DNA from: an archaeon
GTDB lineage: Archaea; Asgardarchaeota; Thorarchaeia; Thorarchaeales; Thorarchaeaceae
Reading direction: 5' to 3'
DNA length: 64,000 bases
Assembly: GCA_024276825.1 (NCBI GenBank)
Contig: JAJRWI010000050.1
Coordinates: 1 to 64,000, forward strand
Positions 49,816-59,805 of the stretch are shown piece by piece; position 1 is the stretch's first letter, and the number at the start of each line of letters is the position of its first letter. The notes beneath the pieces are model-generated. The model was not told where the DNA came from. It saw only the letters and a program-made list of their open reading frames with translations, and did no database searches. The position numbers were made by a program, and so were the translations under genes.

Positions 49816-51510
49816 TAATTGTGCCGCGTGTAATGTTGACAAGTCAAGTTTCTCGGAGAGGTCGCTTAATGCTTTATTGACCTCCTCAATATCTAACAAT
49901 TGCAACCGCTCAAACTCACTGATGGGCTCTCCGGTGCTCTTGTCAATGGCAAGACATGCACCATTAATCATTCGAGTTTTGAGTTCTCCCCTTGCAATTG
50001 GATTATTCCTCAATTGTGGAGCATCAAGAACCCCAAGTGATACAGCACGGACATAGGCCATTGGATCAGTAAGCGGATCACTTGCATCGGGGTCTGCCAG
50101 AGACCTTATGGCACTGATTAGCAGCCAGGCCTCCCTTACAAGTTCGCTCTTTCTCTTTAGGACTGCCTTATCATATGCTGGGTCGATTGAACCAAGCAGG
50201 CACTCCCTAATGACACGACGGGCAATCTTGCAGCTCTCAATCACATCATCTGCAGTTGCAGCATGGTCTGCCTCACAGAAACCAACTACGTGGACAATAT
50301 GAGGTTTCAACAACATCCCTGTGTATATTGAGGCTGCCAGTTGACCCTTGCCCATATCTAGATCTGGGGGATATGCGAAGAGTCCTGATCTGACCTGTCT
50401 GAGAGTGATAAAACTATCGTCATGCAATGACTCCACTAACTCGATCTTTGCCAGCATCTTTGCAATATCCATGCTTGGAGAAGTGCCAAGGGGTGTGTTT
50501 AACATATACTGGGCAATGTAGGTGTCCACTCCAGCAGCCTTAGCATTATAGGCCGACAGATATGCCATGGTAACAGCAATTGTGTCATGTGCACCCCTTA
50601 GACTCCAATGATGTGGCTCATTGAACTCCACAGGAATTTTATTCCTTGCATGCCATCGATGATTCTCCTGATTCTCTCTGATTGCATCCAGCAGGGGGCG
50701 CTTACTACGGCCATCAAGTTCACTGTACCATAGCAGCGGTGTAGCACACCATGCATTATTGATAGTATACTTCAGTAGTTCTGCCCATTTCAACAAGTCT
50801 TGAGTTCCACTATAGCATCTGAGCAATGGATAATTTCCACATCTGGATGCCTTATAGATCCGCTTCAAGTCATCTGCAGTCCGTATAGGAACTCCCCCTG
50901 CTCCCTCATAACTGGACTTCATTTCACTGGGTCTAAAGAAGAACTCCTGAGCATTCTGATCTGGCCCAATAGATATAACATCCAACACCTTGGCCTCTGC
51001 TATTTTTTCAACTCCCCTTATGGTTTCCTCAAGAGATGGTAATCCGAAATGGTGGCGAAGGATTGGTATTGGGGCCTTGCCTCTGACACGCTCAATTACA
51101 TTCTGTGGATAGGTTTCCTCTAGTTTCATCTCATCATGGCCTCTCAGAAATGCGATAACATCCTCATCAGTGGCAAATCCTGTGAAGATTGCTTCGAACA
51201 TACCAATCCTTTTAGCAATTGGTTCCAGTGGGGCAGTACACCCAAGCACCCATCGTCTATCTAACAGATTATAGCGAATGGCAGACCTCTTTAAATCCAT
51301 GAACAATCGCTCTGCACTTTCGGGTGAGAGCCGATAACTGACACCGATCAAGTCTGGATTGTACTCGGTGATTTGTTCAATTAACTCATCAATTGGTACT
51401 GCGGGTCCTAAAAAGATGGCTTCATACCCCTCACGTTCGGCAATATTAAGAAACCTCAGTACCCCTGCAATATGAACACAGTTTCCGATTGCTGCACCTA
51501 ACACTTTCAT
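49810..51510 (-). CDS. Cobalamin-binding domain protein fused to a large barrel-like domain
   Basis: N-terminal GNCVHIAG (DxHxxG-like), FLGPAVP, IGVSYRL B12 Rossmann domain. Confidence 0.8.
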   Translation of the reverse strand: MKVLGAAIGNCVHIAGVLRFLNIAEREGYEAIFLGPAVPIDELIEQITEYNPDLIGVSYRLSPESAERLFMDLKRSAIRYNLLDRRWVLGCTAPLEPIAKRIGMFEAIFTGFATDEDVIAFLRGHDEMKLEETYPQNVIERVRGKAPIPILRHHFGLPSLEETIRGVEKIAEAKVLDVISIGPDQNAQEFFFRPSEMKSSYEGAGGVPIRTADDLKRIYKASRCGNYPLLRCYSGTQDLLKWAELLKYTINNAWCATPLLWYSELDGRSKRPLLDAIRENQENHRWHARNKIPVEFNEPHHWSLRGAHDTIAVTMAYLSAYNAKAAGVDTYIAQYMLNTPLGTSPSMDIAKMLAKIELVESLHDDSFITLRQVRSGLFAYPPDLDMGKGQLAASIYTGMLLKPHIVHVVGFCEADHAATADDVIESCKIARRVIRECLLGSIDPAYDKAVLKRKSELVREAWLLISAIRSLADPDASDPLTDPMAYVRAVSLGVLDAPQLRNNPIARGELKTRMINGACLAIDKSTGEPISEFERLQLLDIEEVNKALSDLSEKLDLSTLHAAQLS

Positions 51511-52691
51511 TCTTCATTCACCTCCATACTGTGTACATCCCAAAGTTCCTCCATACCGCCAATCTCTTCAGCCCTATCACCTGTTCTCACATATTCGATC
51601 ACTCCCTCCACTGTTAGACCTGAGATTCCCATATCTGTCAGTGTTCGGCCAGTGGTCCAAAAATCAATATCATATAGGTGACATGCCAGATTGATGACTG
51701 AGTCAATAACTGGAGTTCTTACACCTGCCAGTCGTCCAAGGTGAGCGATTGGCACTAATCCCGTGGGAACATCCTCCAAGACATATCGATGCATCAAACT
51801 GGACGGGCTACCGATATTGTTGTAGGCATCAATACTTCTGATGCACTCATACAAGGTCTTTCCTCTTGCTCCATATGAATACTGTAACCACTGAAGCAGA
51901 GTCATTGGCTCAACTGAATATGCACTGGCCACCTTTACACGCTCCGAGTCAATCTTCTCAATCAATCGACTCACAGATGGTGAGATTCCCTCATGATAGT
52001 GGTTATAGCCACCATGTCTTGATTCGAGAAGTCCAGCGCAGAGTATTGTGGGTGTGGGGTGGAGCATTGCTCCTATATTATCAATTCCCGTTTCAAGCAC
52101 ATCTTCAGCCAGTTCAAATCTTAATGGCAGAAACTCAAGTATTTCCATGAGAACCTGATTATCAGATGCTGGTAGTGCACTCACACGTACACTCTTCTTG
52201 ATCTGAGAAATCTGCACTGTAGTATCATCAACAATTCTCGATACAAAGCTGAATGTCTGCGCCTCTCCAAGAATAATATCAGCATCACATGAATAGACAT
52301 CAAGGGTCTGTGCAAACTCCATGGCGCCACCTGTTCTACCAGGCATCAATAGAACTATCTGACCAGAGTGCAGATGTGGTGCCATTTGTCTGGCAAAGTA
52401 TTTGTGCGCTTGCGCTGGAACTGATATTATAATGATACCCGCACCATTGATTGCTTTTGAGATATCATTGGTGGCCACTCGAAGATGTGCGAGTCCTTCT
52501 ATCATCCCTATGACCTGTATTGACCTTTGTTTTGCTATCTTAGTGATATTTGACAATGTACGGTTGAACAGGTTCACTTCAAATCCATACAGTGCCAGAT
52601 ATCCAGCAAGAGCACGTCCTGCATGCCCGCCTCCTAGAACGGCAACAGGCATACCATCTATAGACTCACATGTGATGTTAGTCATGACCAT
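51507..52691 (-). CDS. NAD(P)-dependent opine (octopine/nopaline) dehydrogenase family
   Basis: VLGGGHAG, PGRTGGA, NIGAMLHP, HRYVLEDVPTGL. Confidence 0.9.
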   Translation of the reverse strand: MVMTNITCESIDGMPVAVLGGGHAGRALAGYLALYGFEVNLFNRTLSNITKIAKQRSIQVIGMIEGLAHLRVATNDISKAINGAGIIIISVPAQAHKYFARQMAPHLHSGQIVLLMPGRTGGAMEFAQTLDVYSCDADIILGEAQTFSFVSRIVDDTTVQISQIKKSVRVSALPASDNQVLMEILEFLPLRFELAEDVLETGIDNIGAMLHPTPTILCAGLLESRHGGYNHYHEGISPSVSRLIEKIDSERVKVASAYSVEPMTLLQWLQYSYGARGKTLYECIRSIDAYNNIGSPSSLMHRYVLEDVPTGLVPIAHLGRLAGVRTPVIDSVINLACHLYDIDFWTTGRTLTDMGISGLTVEGVIEYVRTGDRAEEIGGMEELWDVHSMEVNEE

Positions 52692-52994
52692 GTCTCCTTC
52701 AGGAATTACATTCTACCATCTCAAAGCCGACAATCTAGTAACCCGATCATCTGTATATGAAGTCCATAATTAGGTGTACGACTTTGAGGACAGGGTGTGT
52801 GTAATTTAGTTTTTCTTTCTCTTCTGAACACTATATTATTCGCTGATTGTCTTATTAGATTTACGAGAAGCGTGTTTTTCGCTTTTCATTAGACAATCAT
52901 CGAAACTATTGCATGAAACTTATCGAACAATTTTTAAAAGATTTGACTTAACCAACCATATTAGTTTTGTATCAACTCCAAGGATGGCTGGAAA

Positions 52995-54827
52995 TTGGTG
53001 ATATTCACTAATGGCGACATGAAAATACTCGAAAAGATGAGGAAAAACAGACAACTTCAGTTTTATTTCCTTGGTGCAATCATAGGATTCGTGTCAGGAA
53101 TAGTGGCAGTGGCATTCAGGTATCTAATATTTGCAATGGGTCTGTTATTTATAATAATCCCAAATGTTCTTGGGTCCTGGGGTTGGATAATAGCTCCTGC
53201 TGTTGGTGGTCTTATTGTAGGCTTCATCACCTTAAAACTCGCTCCTGAAGCAAAGGGGCACGGTGTGCCACAAGTCATTGAAGCATATCACCTACGTGGA
53301 GGTAAAATCCGATTCAGGGTGCCAATACTAGAGAGCATTGCAGCAGCCATCTGTTTGAGTTCTGGAGGGTCATGCGGTCGGGAGGGACCTATTGCTCAAA
53401 TCTCAGCAGGAGTGGGATCAAGTCTATCATCAATATTTAAACTTGATAAAAAGGCCACCAAGACTATGGTTGTCTGCGGGGTGTCATCAGGAATTGCGGC
53501 AACATTCAATGCCCCCCTTGGTGGAACTCTGTTTGGAATTGAGGTTGTTGCAGGCGGTATGCTTGGATTCTCAATAATACCCATTATCCTTGCCTCAGTA
53601 ATTTCCACCGCAGTTGCGAACTTCATACTTGGTTCTCAGGTATCATTTCAGGCACCCCTTTTCACCCTTGGTACCTATCCTGAACTGTTACTCTATTTCT
53701 TCCTGGGAGTGCTCCTCGGCCTTGCTAGCGTTTTGTGGATTCGAGGGTATTATTTCATTGAGGGCCTTTTTGAGAAGCTCAGCCTTTACAAATATGCTGT
53801 TCCAGTTTTGGGTGGGACCCTGACTGGCTTACTCGCATTCATATCTCTCTGGATTGCTAATATGACTGGGTACGCAGGTATACTAACATCACCAACAGAC
53901 CTGTTATATCCAGCAATAAGCGGCAATGGCTATCCATTTATCAATGCTGTATTGGCAGGCTCAGTTGTTCTATTGGCATTGCTTAGTTTTGGAATTATGA
54001 AGCTTCTAGCAACATCGTTCACACTTGGTAGTGGTGGTTCAGGAGGTGTATTTGCGCCAACTCTATTCATGGGCGCAGCTTTTGGTGGCACTTTTGGAAT
54101 GGTTCTTCAATATCTCTTTCCAACTATCGTTATCAACCCTATGGCATATGCCCTTGTAGGGATGGCCGCACTCTTTGCTGGAACTGGCAGGGCTCCAATA
54201 ACCTGCATTGTCATAATTATGGAGCTTACCTACGATTATAGTATGATTCTGCCCTTAATGATCACTGTTTCAACTGCGTTCTTTGTTTCCTCAAGCATTG
54301 AGCGCGAAAGCATTTACACCCTGAAACTCAGCAGGCGGGGCATAAAGCTCGATCAGGGATATTATATAGGCGCCCTCAGTGCTGTAAAAGTGTCAGAGAT
54401 CATGACCAAGACCCCCACAACTCTTCATCCTGAAATGTCCACTCAAGATGTTTTTGATATAATGACCACGACAGGACATACGAAGTTCCCTGTTATTGAT
54501 GAAGATGGCAGAGCTGTGGGATGTCTGATTGTAGAGGACATTAGCGACTCACAAGCAGAAGATGGCACTCAGTACAGGGTCGCAGACCTGATGAGAAAAT
54601 CATTCCTTCATCTGAATCCGGGATGCACTGTGGACAGTGTACTCATGAAGATGCTTGAGCGCGATGAGGGTCATGCCATAGTTGTAGATCCATCAGACCC
54701 AGATCGAATGCTTGGATTCGTCACAAAGACGGATGTTCTAAAGGCCTACGAGATAGCAATCCTCAACTTACGCAAGAAGGGTAAAGACATTGAAGATGTA
54801 TCCCCATTAGAAGAACTTGGTCCTTAA
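52995..54827 (+). CDS. CLC chloride channel/antiporter with two CBS domains
   Basis: GHGVP, GREGP, FNAPLGG, GVFAP, C-terminal CBS pair. Confidence 0.92.
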   Translation: MVIFTNGDMKILEKMRKNRQLQFYFLGAIIGFVSGIVAVAFRYLIFAMGLLFIIIPNVLGSWGWIIAPAVGGLIVGFITLKLAPEAKGHGVPQVIEAYHLRGGKIRFRVPILESIAAAICLSSGGSCGREGPIAQISAGVGSSLSSIFKLDKKATKTMVVCGVSSGIAATFNAPLGGTLFGIEVVAGGMLGFSIIPIILASVISTAVANFILGSQVSFQAPLFTLGTYPELLLYFFLGVLLGLASVLWIRGYYFIEGLFEKLSLYKYAVPVLGGTLTGLLAFISLWIANMTGYAGILTSPTDLLYPAISGNGYPFINAVLAGSVVLLALLSFGIMKLLATSFTLGSGGSGGVFAPTLFMGAAFGGTFGMVLQYLFPTIVINPMAYALVGMAALFAGTGRAPITCIVIIMELTYDYSMILPLMITVSTAFFVSSSIERESIYTLKLSRRGIKLDQGYYIGALSAVKVSEIMTKTPTTLHPEMSTQDVFDIMTTTGHTKFPVIDEDGRAVGCLIVEDISDSQAEDGTQYRVADLMRKSFLHLNPGCTVDSVLMKMLERDEGHAIVVDPSDPDRMLGFVTKTDVLKAYEIAILNLRKKGKDIEDVSPLEELGP

Positions 54828-54904
54828 TCTCTTCTACATGAACGATGATGTATTGAGTCTAAGATGGGAACTGAGCCTTACTATGTCCCTTTCTCTCAAG
54901 ACCT

Positions 54905-55831
54905 GTGTTATTTATAATTAACACAACTCTTAATCCGACTGGTGTTGAACAGTTGACAGTCAATAGACTAACATATGGTCTTTCAATCATGATTCTATTG
55001 ATGGCGGTCATATCATTCATCCCACTCTTGAGACCTCCTCTCCCATTGATGATTGTACTACTCTCGTTATATGTTGTCTTTCTCTTTGTATTCTGTTTCA
55101 TCCATGGAGTTCAAACTCTTGAAATAAGAGCAATCTCTATGTTCTTTGTAATCTCTGCGGCTATCACTTATTTGATGGAATGGCTCGGGACTCAATACGG
55201 AGTTCCCTTTGGCAGCTATTACTATACATACAAGATTGGTCCGCTACTATTTGGTGTACCATTCGTTATTCCCATTCAATGGTTCAATATGCTCTATATC
55301 TGTTATATCATGACTCAGGCTATATTCATCCGTCTTAGTGCTATCAACGACAATGTGCGAAACGACACATCAATCACACAATCAATCATAGTTGCATCAG
55401 TCACTGGACTCTTCATGGTAGCTTGGGATCTCATTAATGATCCATTCATGGTGGGCCTAGGGGCTTGGGTATGGACAGACCCCCTCTGGTTCTTTGGCCT
55501 GAGCTTTCAGGAAGTGCCTCTCTCTAACTTTATAGGTTGGGAACTCACCAGCATCTTGGCAATTCTACTCTTTGAGATGTACCGCCATAGGTCTCATGCT
55601 AGTATTCATTGGTCATCTGGTGAATGTAAATCTCTCAACCTTCTTGTCATGTTTCCCTATGTCCTCGCTTATCTCTCTCAGGCTGTTCAGGGAGTGATGT
55701 TTGGAATATTCCCATTATCAGACATGACGGGGTTGATTCCTCTGATTGTTGCAGGGGTCACAATGGGTCTTGGGTCACTACTATCAGCAACAAGTCTTGT
55801 GAGGATGGGCGACGAGTCGGAATCAGTCTGA
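54905..55831 (+). CDS. CruF-like (carotenoid 1,2-hydratase family) membrane protein
   Basis: E..G...G.PFG.Y.Y, GVPFVIP..W, WDL..DP, VPLSNFIGW. Confidence 0.75.
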   Translation: MLFIINTTLNPTGVEQLTVNRLTYGLSIMILLMAVISFIPLLRPPLPLMIVLLSLYVVFLFVFCFIHGVQTLEIRAISMFFVISAAITYLMEWLGTQYGVPFGSYYYTYKIGPLLFGVPFVIPIQWFNMLYICYIMTQAIFIRLSAINDNVRNDTSITQSIIVASVTGLFMVAWDLINDPFMVGLGAWVWTDPLWFFGLSFQEVPLSNFIGWELTSILAILLFEMYRHRSHASIHWSSGECKSLNLLVMFPYVLAYLSQAVQGVMFGIFPLSDMTGLIPLIVAGVTMGLGSLLSATSLVRMGDESESV

Positions 55832-55901
55832 CAATTCTGGCTTTGGATATTGTGCCACACAAAACTTACATAACACATTACCAAATCGAAGGGTTTTTAT
55901 A

Positions 55902-55915
55902 GGTAATATATTACC
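55902..55915. promoter_or_regulatory. Perfect 14-bp palindrome, candidate MarR operator
   Basis: GGTAATATATTACC directly after BRE/TATA (CGAAGGGTTTTTATA); extra half-site ATATTACC at 55929-55936. Confidence 0.6.
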
Positions 55916-55938
55916 CATATAACATAAGATATTACCTA

Positions 55939-56349
55939 TTGGTGAAGATAATGGGACTATTGACTGCATCAACAGGGACTGGAATGACCCGTCCATCTGG
56001 GCTGATGGCCTTGACTGCTTTGTGGGTCTTCAACTCTCTCCTTAGAGTTCTCTTTGGAGCGATGGGAGCAATGGGAACACCACTACTTGATGTGGAAGTG
56101 TCAAAACTAACAATTGACTTGATCAGCATGATGTGTTTATCTTTGGGTTTCGGTGGGCTTGTCATGACTATTGGTCTGTGGCAGATGAAAAAGTGGGGTC
56201 TGTGTGGAGTATTGGTAATAAGTTTCATCACAGTGATTTTTGATATCTGGGGATACTTCATTCAGTTCACAGCAGCAATGGGTCTTATCGTGCCAGTACT
56301 GACTATCCTCTATATGATGCGCCACTGGGGTAATGATCTTTGGAGATGA
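55939..56349 (+). CDS. Small 4-TM membrane protein
   Basis: RPSG..., GLWQMKKWG motif, four hydrophobic helices. Confidence 0.7.
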   Translation: MVKIMGLLTASTGTGMTRPSGLMALTALWVFNSLLRVLFGAMGAMGTPLLDVEVSKLTIDLISMMCLSLGFGGLVMTIGLWQMKKWGLCGVLVISFITVIFDIWGYFIQFTAAMGLIVPVLTILYMMRHWGNDLWR

Positions 56350-57256
56350 TCATGAAATGACTACAAATGTGAATGAAAGTCATAGGACATTTGAAAGGTA
56401 TGTGATTAGTCTGACAGCCTTTAGTGCTGCCGTTGTTTTACTGCTATTGGCCATTTTGGGTCCTCTTGGGCTCGGAGTCATCCAATACAGAACATCACAA
56501 TCGGCACTGTATCAGATTGCAGGGCAAGACCTTGCAGGAGTGCTATTGATGGTCCCAATTCTTATCATTGGGGGAATACTTCATTTGATGAAGCGGGATG
56601 GTGCAAAGTACTTCCTGATTCTACCCCCCATTACTCTGATATACACCGGGCTCACTTACGGCATTGGTCAAGAATGGAGTAATACATCATACACAGGAAA
56701 TTCCGAGAGCTACTACTACATATTCCTAATACTGATGATAGGTGGACTCATTCTGACTATTGCCAGTTTATCAATGTTCTCTGAAGAAGACGTTCCCCAG
56801 TTCAGACCACGGGGACTCAAGATATATGTGGGACTGATGATGGTATTTCTACTATTCTTTGCCAAAATGTGGACCTCTGAACTCTTTGAAGTCATAACAA
56901 CAGGCGACACATCCACGGGGTCATATGCAGCAACACCAACACTATTCTGGGTAATAAGATATCTTGACCTTGGGTTCACGATCCCCCTTGGTTTCATTGC
57001 ACTGTACATGCTCTTGACAAGACCTCAAAAGGCATACCCCCTCATCCTATTGTTCTTTGGGTTCTTCATTACTCTGGGAACAGCTGTGAACTGCATGGCT
57101 CTGGTTCAATTAGCAAGCGGAGACCCAGAGCTGGCTGGCGCAGCTGCACAGGGTCTTGTGATATTTCCCATTCTCATGATTCTCTCATATGTGGGGCTAT
57201 TCTATCTTATCAAGGACAAGCTTCCATCACGCAAAGCAGGAGGTCCAAATGAATGA
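56333..57256 (+). CDS. Multi-pass membrane protein
   Basis: About 8 TM, GQD and LDLGF conserved-looking motifs. Confidence 0.75.
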   Translation: MIFGDDHEMTTNVNESHRTFERYVISLTAFSAAVVLLLLAILGPLGLGVIQYRTSQSALYQIAGQDLAGVLLMVPILIIGGILHLMKRDGAKYFLILPPITLIYTGLTYGIGQEWSNTSYTGNSESYYYIFLILMIGGLILTIASLSMFSEEDVPQFRPRGLKIYVGLMMVFLLFFAKMWTSELFEVITTGDTSTGSYAATPTLFWVIRYLDLGFTIPLGFIALYMLLTRPQKAYPLILLFFGFFITLGTAVNCMALVQLASGDPELAGAAAQGLVIFPILMILSYVGLFYLIKDKLPSRKAGGPNE

Positions 57257-57843
57257 AGGCACTAATTGCCTACGGGACCCGCTATGGCGCGACACGTACC
57301 ACATCCGAGAGAATTGCTGAGGTCCTGCTGAAGAATGGGACCAATACTACAGTAATCAATGCCAAGAACGCAATGAACATCAGTGTTGAAGAGTATGATC
57401 TGATAGTGGTTGGCAGCGGAATCAAATTCGGCAAGTGGACAAAAGAGGCTGAGAACTTTCTGAGGCGGCATAGGGGAGCCCTTCAATGTAAGCAACTCGC
57501 CATCTTTGTGTCCTCCGCACTCTGGCCACTCTTTGCCATTGGCGGCCCCTTCCACGACGAACTTGGGAAGTCTACAATTGCATCTACAGTCCTTTCCCGA
57601 GAGGAGGCACAGATGAAGTATCTCTTAATGCAGGTAAAGAAGCAGAGAATCTCTCCTTTTACAATGGACCTGTTCGGTGGTATCTTGGATTTTGCTGGCA
57701 TTGGTGGGGTCTCAGGAATGATACTCAAGGGTCTCAGGAATGACTTGGAACAGCGGGGTGTTGATACAAGCATGCCCTATGATAATCGGGACTGGAATAA
57801 AATTGACCAATGGAGTATGAGGCTGGTGAGGGCCAATGGCTAG
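57253..57843 (+). CDS. Flavodoxin-domain protein (HemG-like)
   Basis: YGTRYGAT, YDLIVVGSGI, DNRDWNKI. Confidence 0.85.
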   Translation: MKALIAYGTRYGATRTTSERIAEVLLKNGTNTTVINAKNAMNISVEEYDLIVVGSGIKFGKWTKEAENFLRRHRGALQCKQLAIFVSSALWPLFAIGGPFHDELGKSTIASTVLSREEAQMKYLLMQVKKQRISPFTMDLFGGILDFAGIGGVSGMILKGLRNDLEQRGVDTSMPYDNRDWNKIDQWSMRLVRANG

Positions 57844-57956
57844 CGCATTTCTGGAAGAGTTTGCATCTACCAGTTCTTTCATCATTTCACTATCTCTCAA
57901 CATATTAAATAGGCATGCGGAAATCTCATCTGAAGGACAAAACGGATGTGTGTTGA

Positions 57957-58427
57957 ATGAAGGAGGAAACCAGACAGAAGATGTTTGAGTCTTTTGCACG
58001 TCTTTTCCTGCTGAGTCATAGACTCGAATACATCTCCGATCAGGAGTTAAAGAAGGATGACCTCACAGTCAAGCAGTTTTTGACCATTGCAGTGATAGAG
58101 AAGATGTTCGATGAACCTCCCTCAATCAGTCAGGTGGCAGAAGCACTCAGCACGACACATCAGAATGTCAAGCAGATAGCAAATCAGCTGGACAGAAAGG
58201 GCTTCATCAAGATAGAAAGGGATGAACGGGACAAGAGACGCCTGCTCTTAAAGGTCACCAGAAAGAACAAGGAGTACTGGGAGTCTAGAGCAGAAGAACA
58301 TGAGAGGTTCATAACCTCCCTATTCTCTTCCCTGAACGATGATGAGATTCACATGTGGTATTCGATCATCATGAAATTGCTGGAACATACCGAACAGGCC
58401 TACAGGAATGCACGTGGCAGTGTCTGA
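57957..58427 (+). CDS. MarR family regulator
   Basis: LTVKQF, TTHQNVKQIANQLDRKGFI, DERDKR. Confidence 0.9.
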   Translation: MKEETRQKMFESFARLFLLSHRLEYISDQELKKDDLTVKQFLTIAVIEKMFDEPPSISQVAEALSTTHQNVKQIANQLDRKGFIKIERDERDKRRLLLKVTRKNKEYWESRAEEHERFITSLFSSLNDDEIHMWYSIIMKLLEHTEQAYRNARGSV

Positions 58428-58458
58428 TGCTAGCCGCTCATCTTGATCATTCATTTTT

Positions 58459-58608
58459 GGTTGGACAATCTTGTCCGCCCACGAACGGCAGTGGGCTCAT
58501 CTCAGACTATGATCCGAGATAAAACAGAACTTTACTGTTTAAGTTCCTCGTAAATTCATATCAGATCTATTAGATGTTCTTTTGATTGGTGTTTAAGATT
58601 GTCCCACC
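58459..58608. repeat. 150-nt element bounded by a 14-bp imperfect inverted repeat (structured ncRNA or MITE)
   Basis: GGTTGGACAATCTT ... AAGATTGTCCCACC (13/14) enclosing three hairpins. Confidence 0.4.
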
Positions 58609-58708
58609 TCTACGCATCTACGCGCAACCCCCAATCATAACACTAATATATCAGTAATCTATATATTGCGTATAAATATATAAAAGAACTACATATAGGT
58701 GATTAATA

Positions 58709-59194
58709 ATGGCAACCCCTCTTGTTATAGGACTTGTGGAGTTCCTTCATAATGTGTTCACCGTGTTCTGGATTGGTGGACTTTTCACACTCGCGTTCGT
58801 GGTCATGCCTGCTATCAAGAGCGCTCTTGGGCTGAACCCAGGGACCAAAAAGATTGTTGTTGCAATAAGGAGTCGCTTGAACAAGATTGTGTGGATAAGT
58901 ATTGTCGGACTGATCCTAACCGGAATACCACTGAGCATAAGTAATTCAGGCTTGTTCACTGGCTTTTTCAGCCTCGCCAATACATACTCGCTTCTCCTTA
59001 CACTCAAACACATCATTGTTATTCTGATGGTTATCGTTGTGATAATTCGGGCGTCAATACTCCCAAGGATGTCAGACATGACACCACAAAAGAACGAGAA
59101 GATGAGTGCCCTTTTAATGATGATAAATGTCATTCTCGGGTTTGTTGTACTGCTCATCAGTGGAATTCTTGCAACCACTCCAGTGTCCACGTGA
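58709..59194 (+). CDS. CopD-like 4-TM membrane protein
   Basis: FLHNVFTVFWIGG, LILTG, LLTLKH. Confidence 0.75.
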   Translation: MATPLVIGLVEFLHNVFTVFWIGGLFTLAFVVMPAIKSALGLNPGTKKIVVAIRSRLNKIVWISIVGLILTGIPLSISNSGLFTGFFSLANTYSLLLTLKHIIVILMVIVVIIRASILPRMSDMTPQKNEKMSALLMMINVILGFVVLLISGILATTPVST

Positions 59195-59230
59195 ACAAAA
59201 GATTGAATTCGTCTGTGTTCATGTCACCTA

Positions 59231-59250
59231 ATATCACTCATGATATATCA
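59231..59250. promoter_or_regulatory. Inverted repeat upstream of padR, candidate autoregulatory operator
   Basis: ATATCA-CTCA-TGATAT overlapping the palindrome TGATATATCA. Confidence 0.4.
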
Positions 59251-59266
59251 CAAGGAATGAATCAAC

Positions 59267-59665
59267 TTGAAAGGTGACCTGAAACAGAAGTGTAAGGAGG
59301 CCAGGGCAGCAAGCAAGGGCTTACAAGGTCAATCTATCGAACCCTTGCCTATTGTCCGTGGCCTCATCCTTGTTTTTATCAAGAAACACCCAAACTCAAC
59401 GGGCTATGACCTGATGCGACTGATATCCGAGTTCACTGGAGGCCTCGTGCAGCTCAAGTCTGGAACGATATATTCAGAGTTACGTCGAATGGAACATCAG
59501 GGTCTTGTTCATTCGGTACAGGAAGCCTCTGGAAGAAGACGTAGGAGCTATGTCATCACTGACAACGGCCTTGCCGAGCTCGAGCAATTCACGCAGCAGA
59601 TGAACCTACGCGTCAGATGCATTCTTCTTCCGCTCTTGAATCTAATCAGTGAATCAGAAGAATGA
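59267..59665 (+). CDS. PadR family regulator
   Basis: TGYDLM, SGTIYSELRRMEHQGLV, RRRSYVITDNG. Confidence 0.9.
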   Translation: MKGDLKQKCKEARAASKGLQGQSIEPLPIVRGLILVFIKKHPNSTGYDLMRLISEFTGGLVQLKSGTIYSELRRMEHQGLVHSVQEASGRRRRSYVITDNGLAELEQFTQQMNLRVRCILLPLLNLISESEE

Positions 59666-59805
59666 GTCCACAATGATGTAATCATGCCATGTAATGGAAC
59701 GCGCCAATCGCAGAGAAATATGACATGACAGTCAGTCCCTCTTGGCCCTTTTTTGGATTCCCAATTCCAAGAAAAGCATGAAATAATCAAGGCTTATTCA
59801 CAAGC

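Noticed and set aside
52995-54827. CLC considered as a fluoride exporter (CLC-F)
   Set aside because: Has GHGVP/GREGP, not the GNNLI/GREGT signatures of CLC-F
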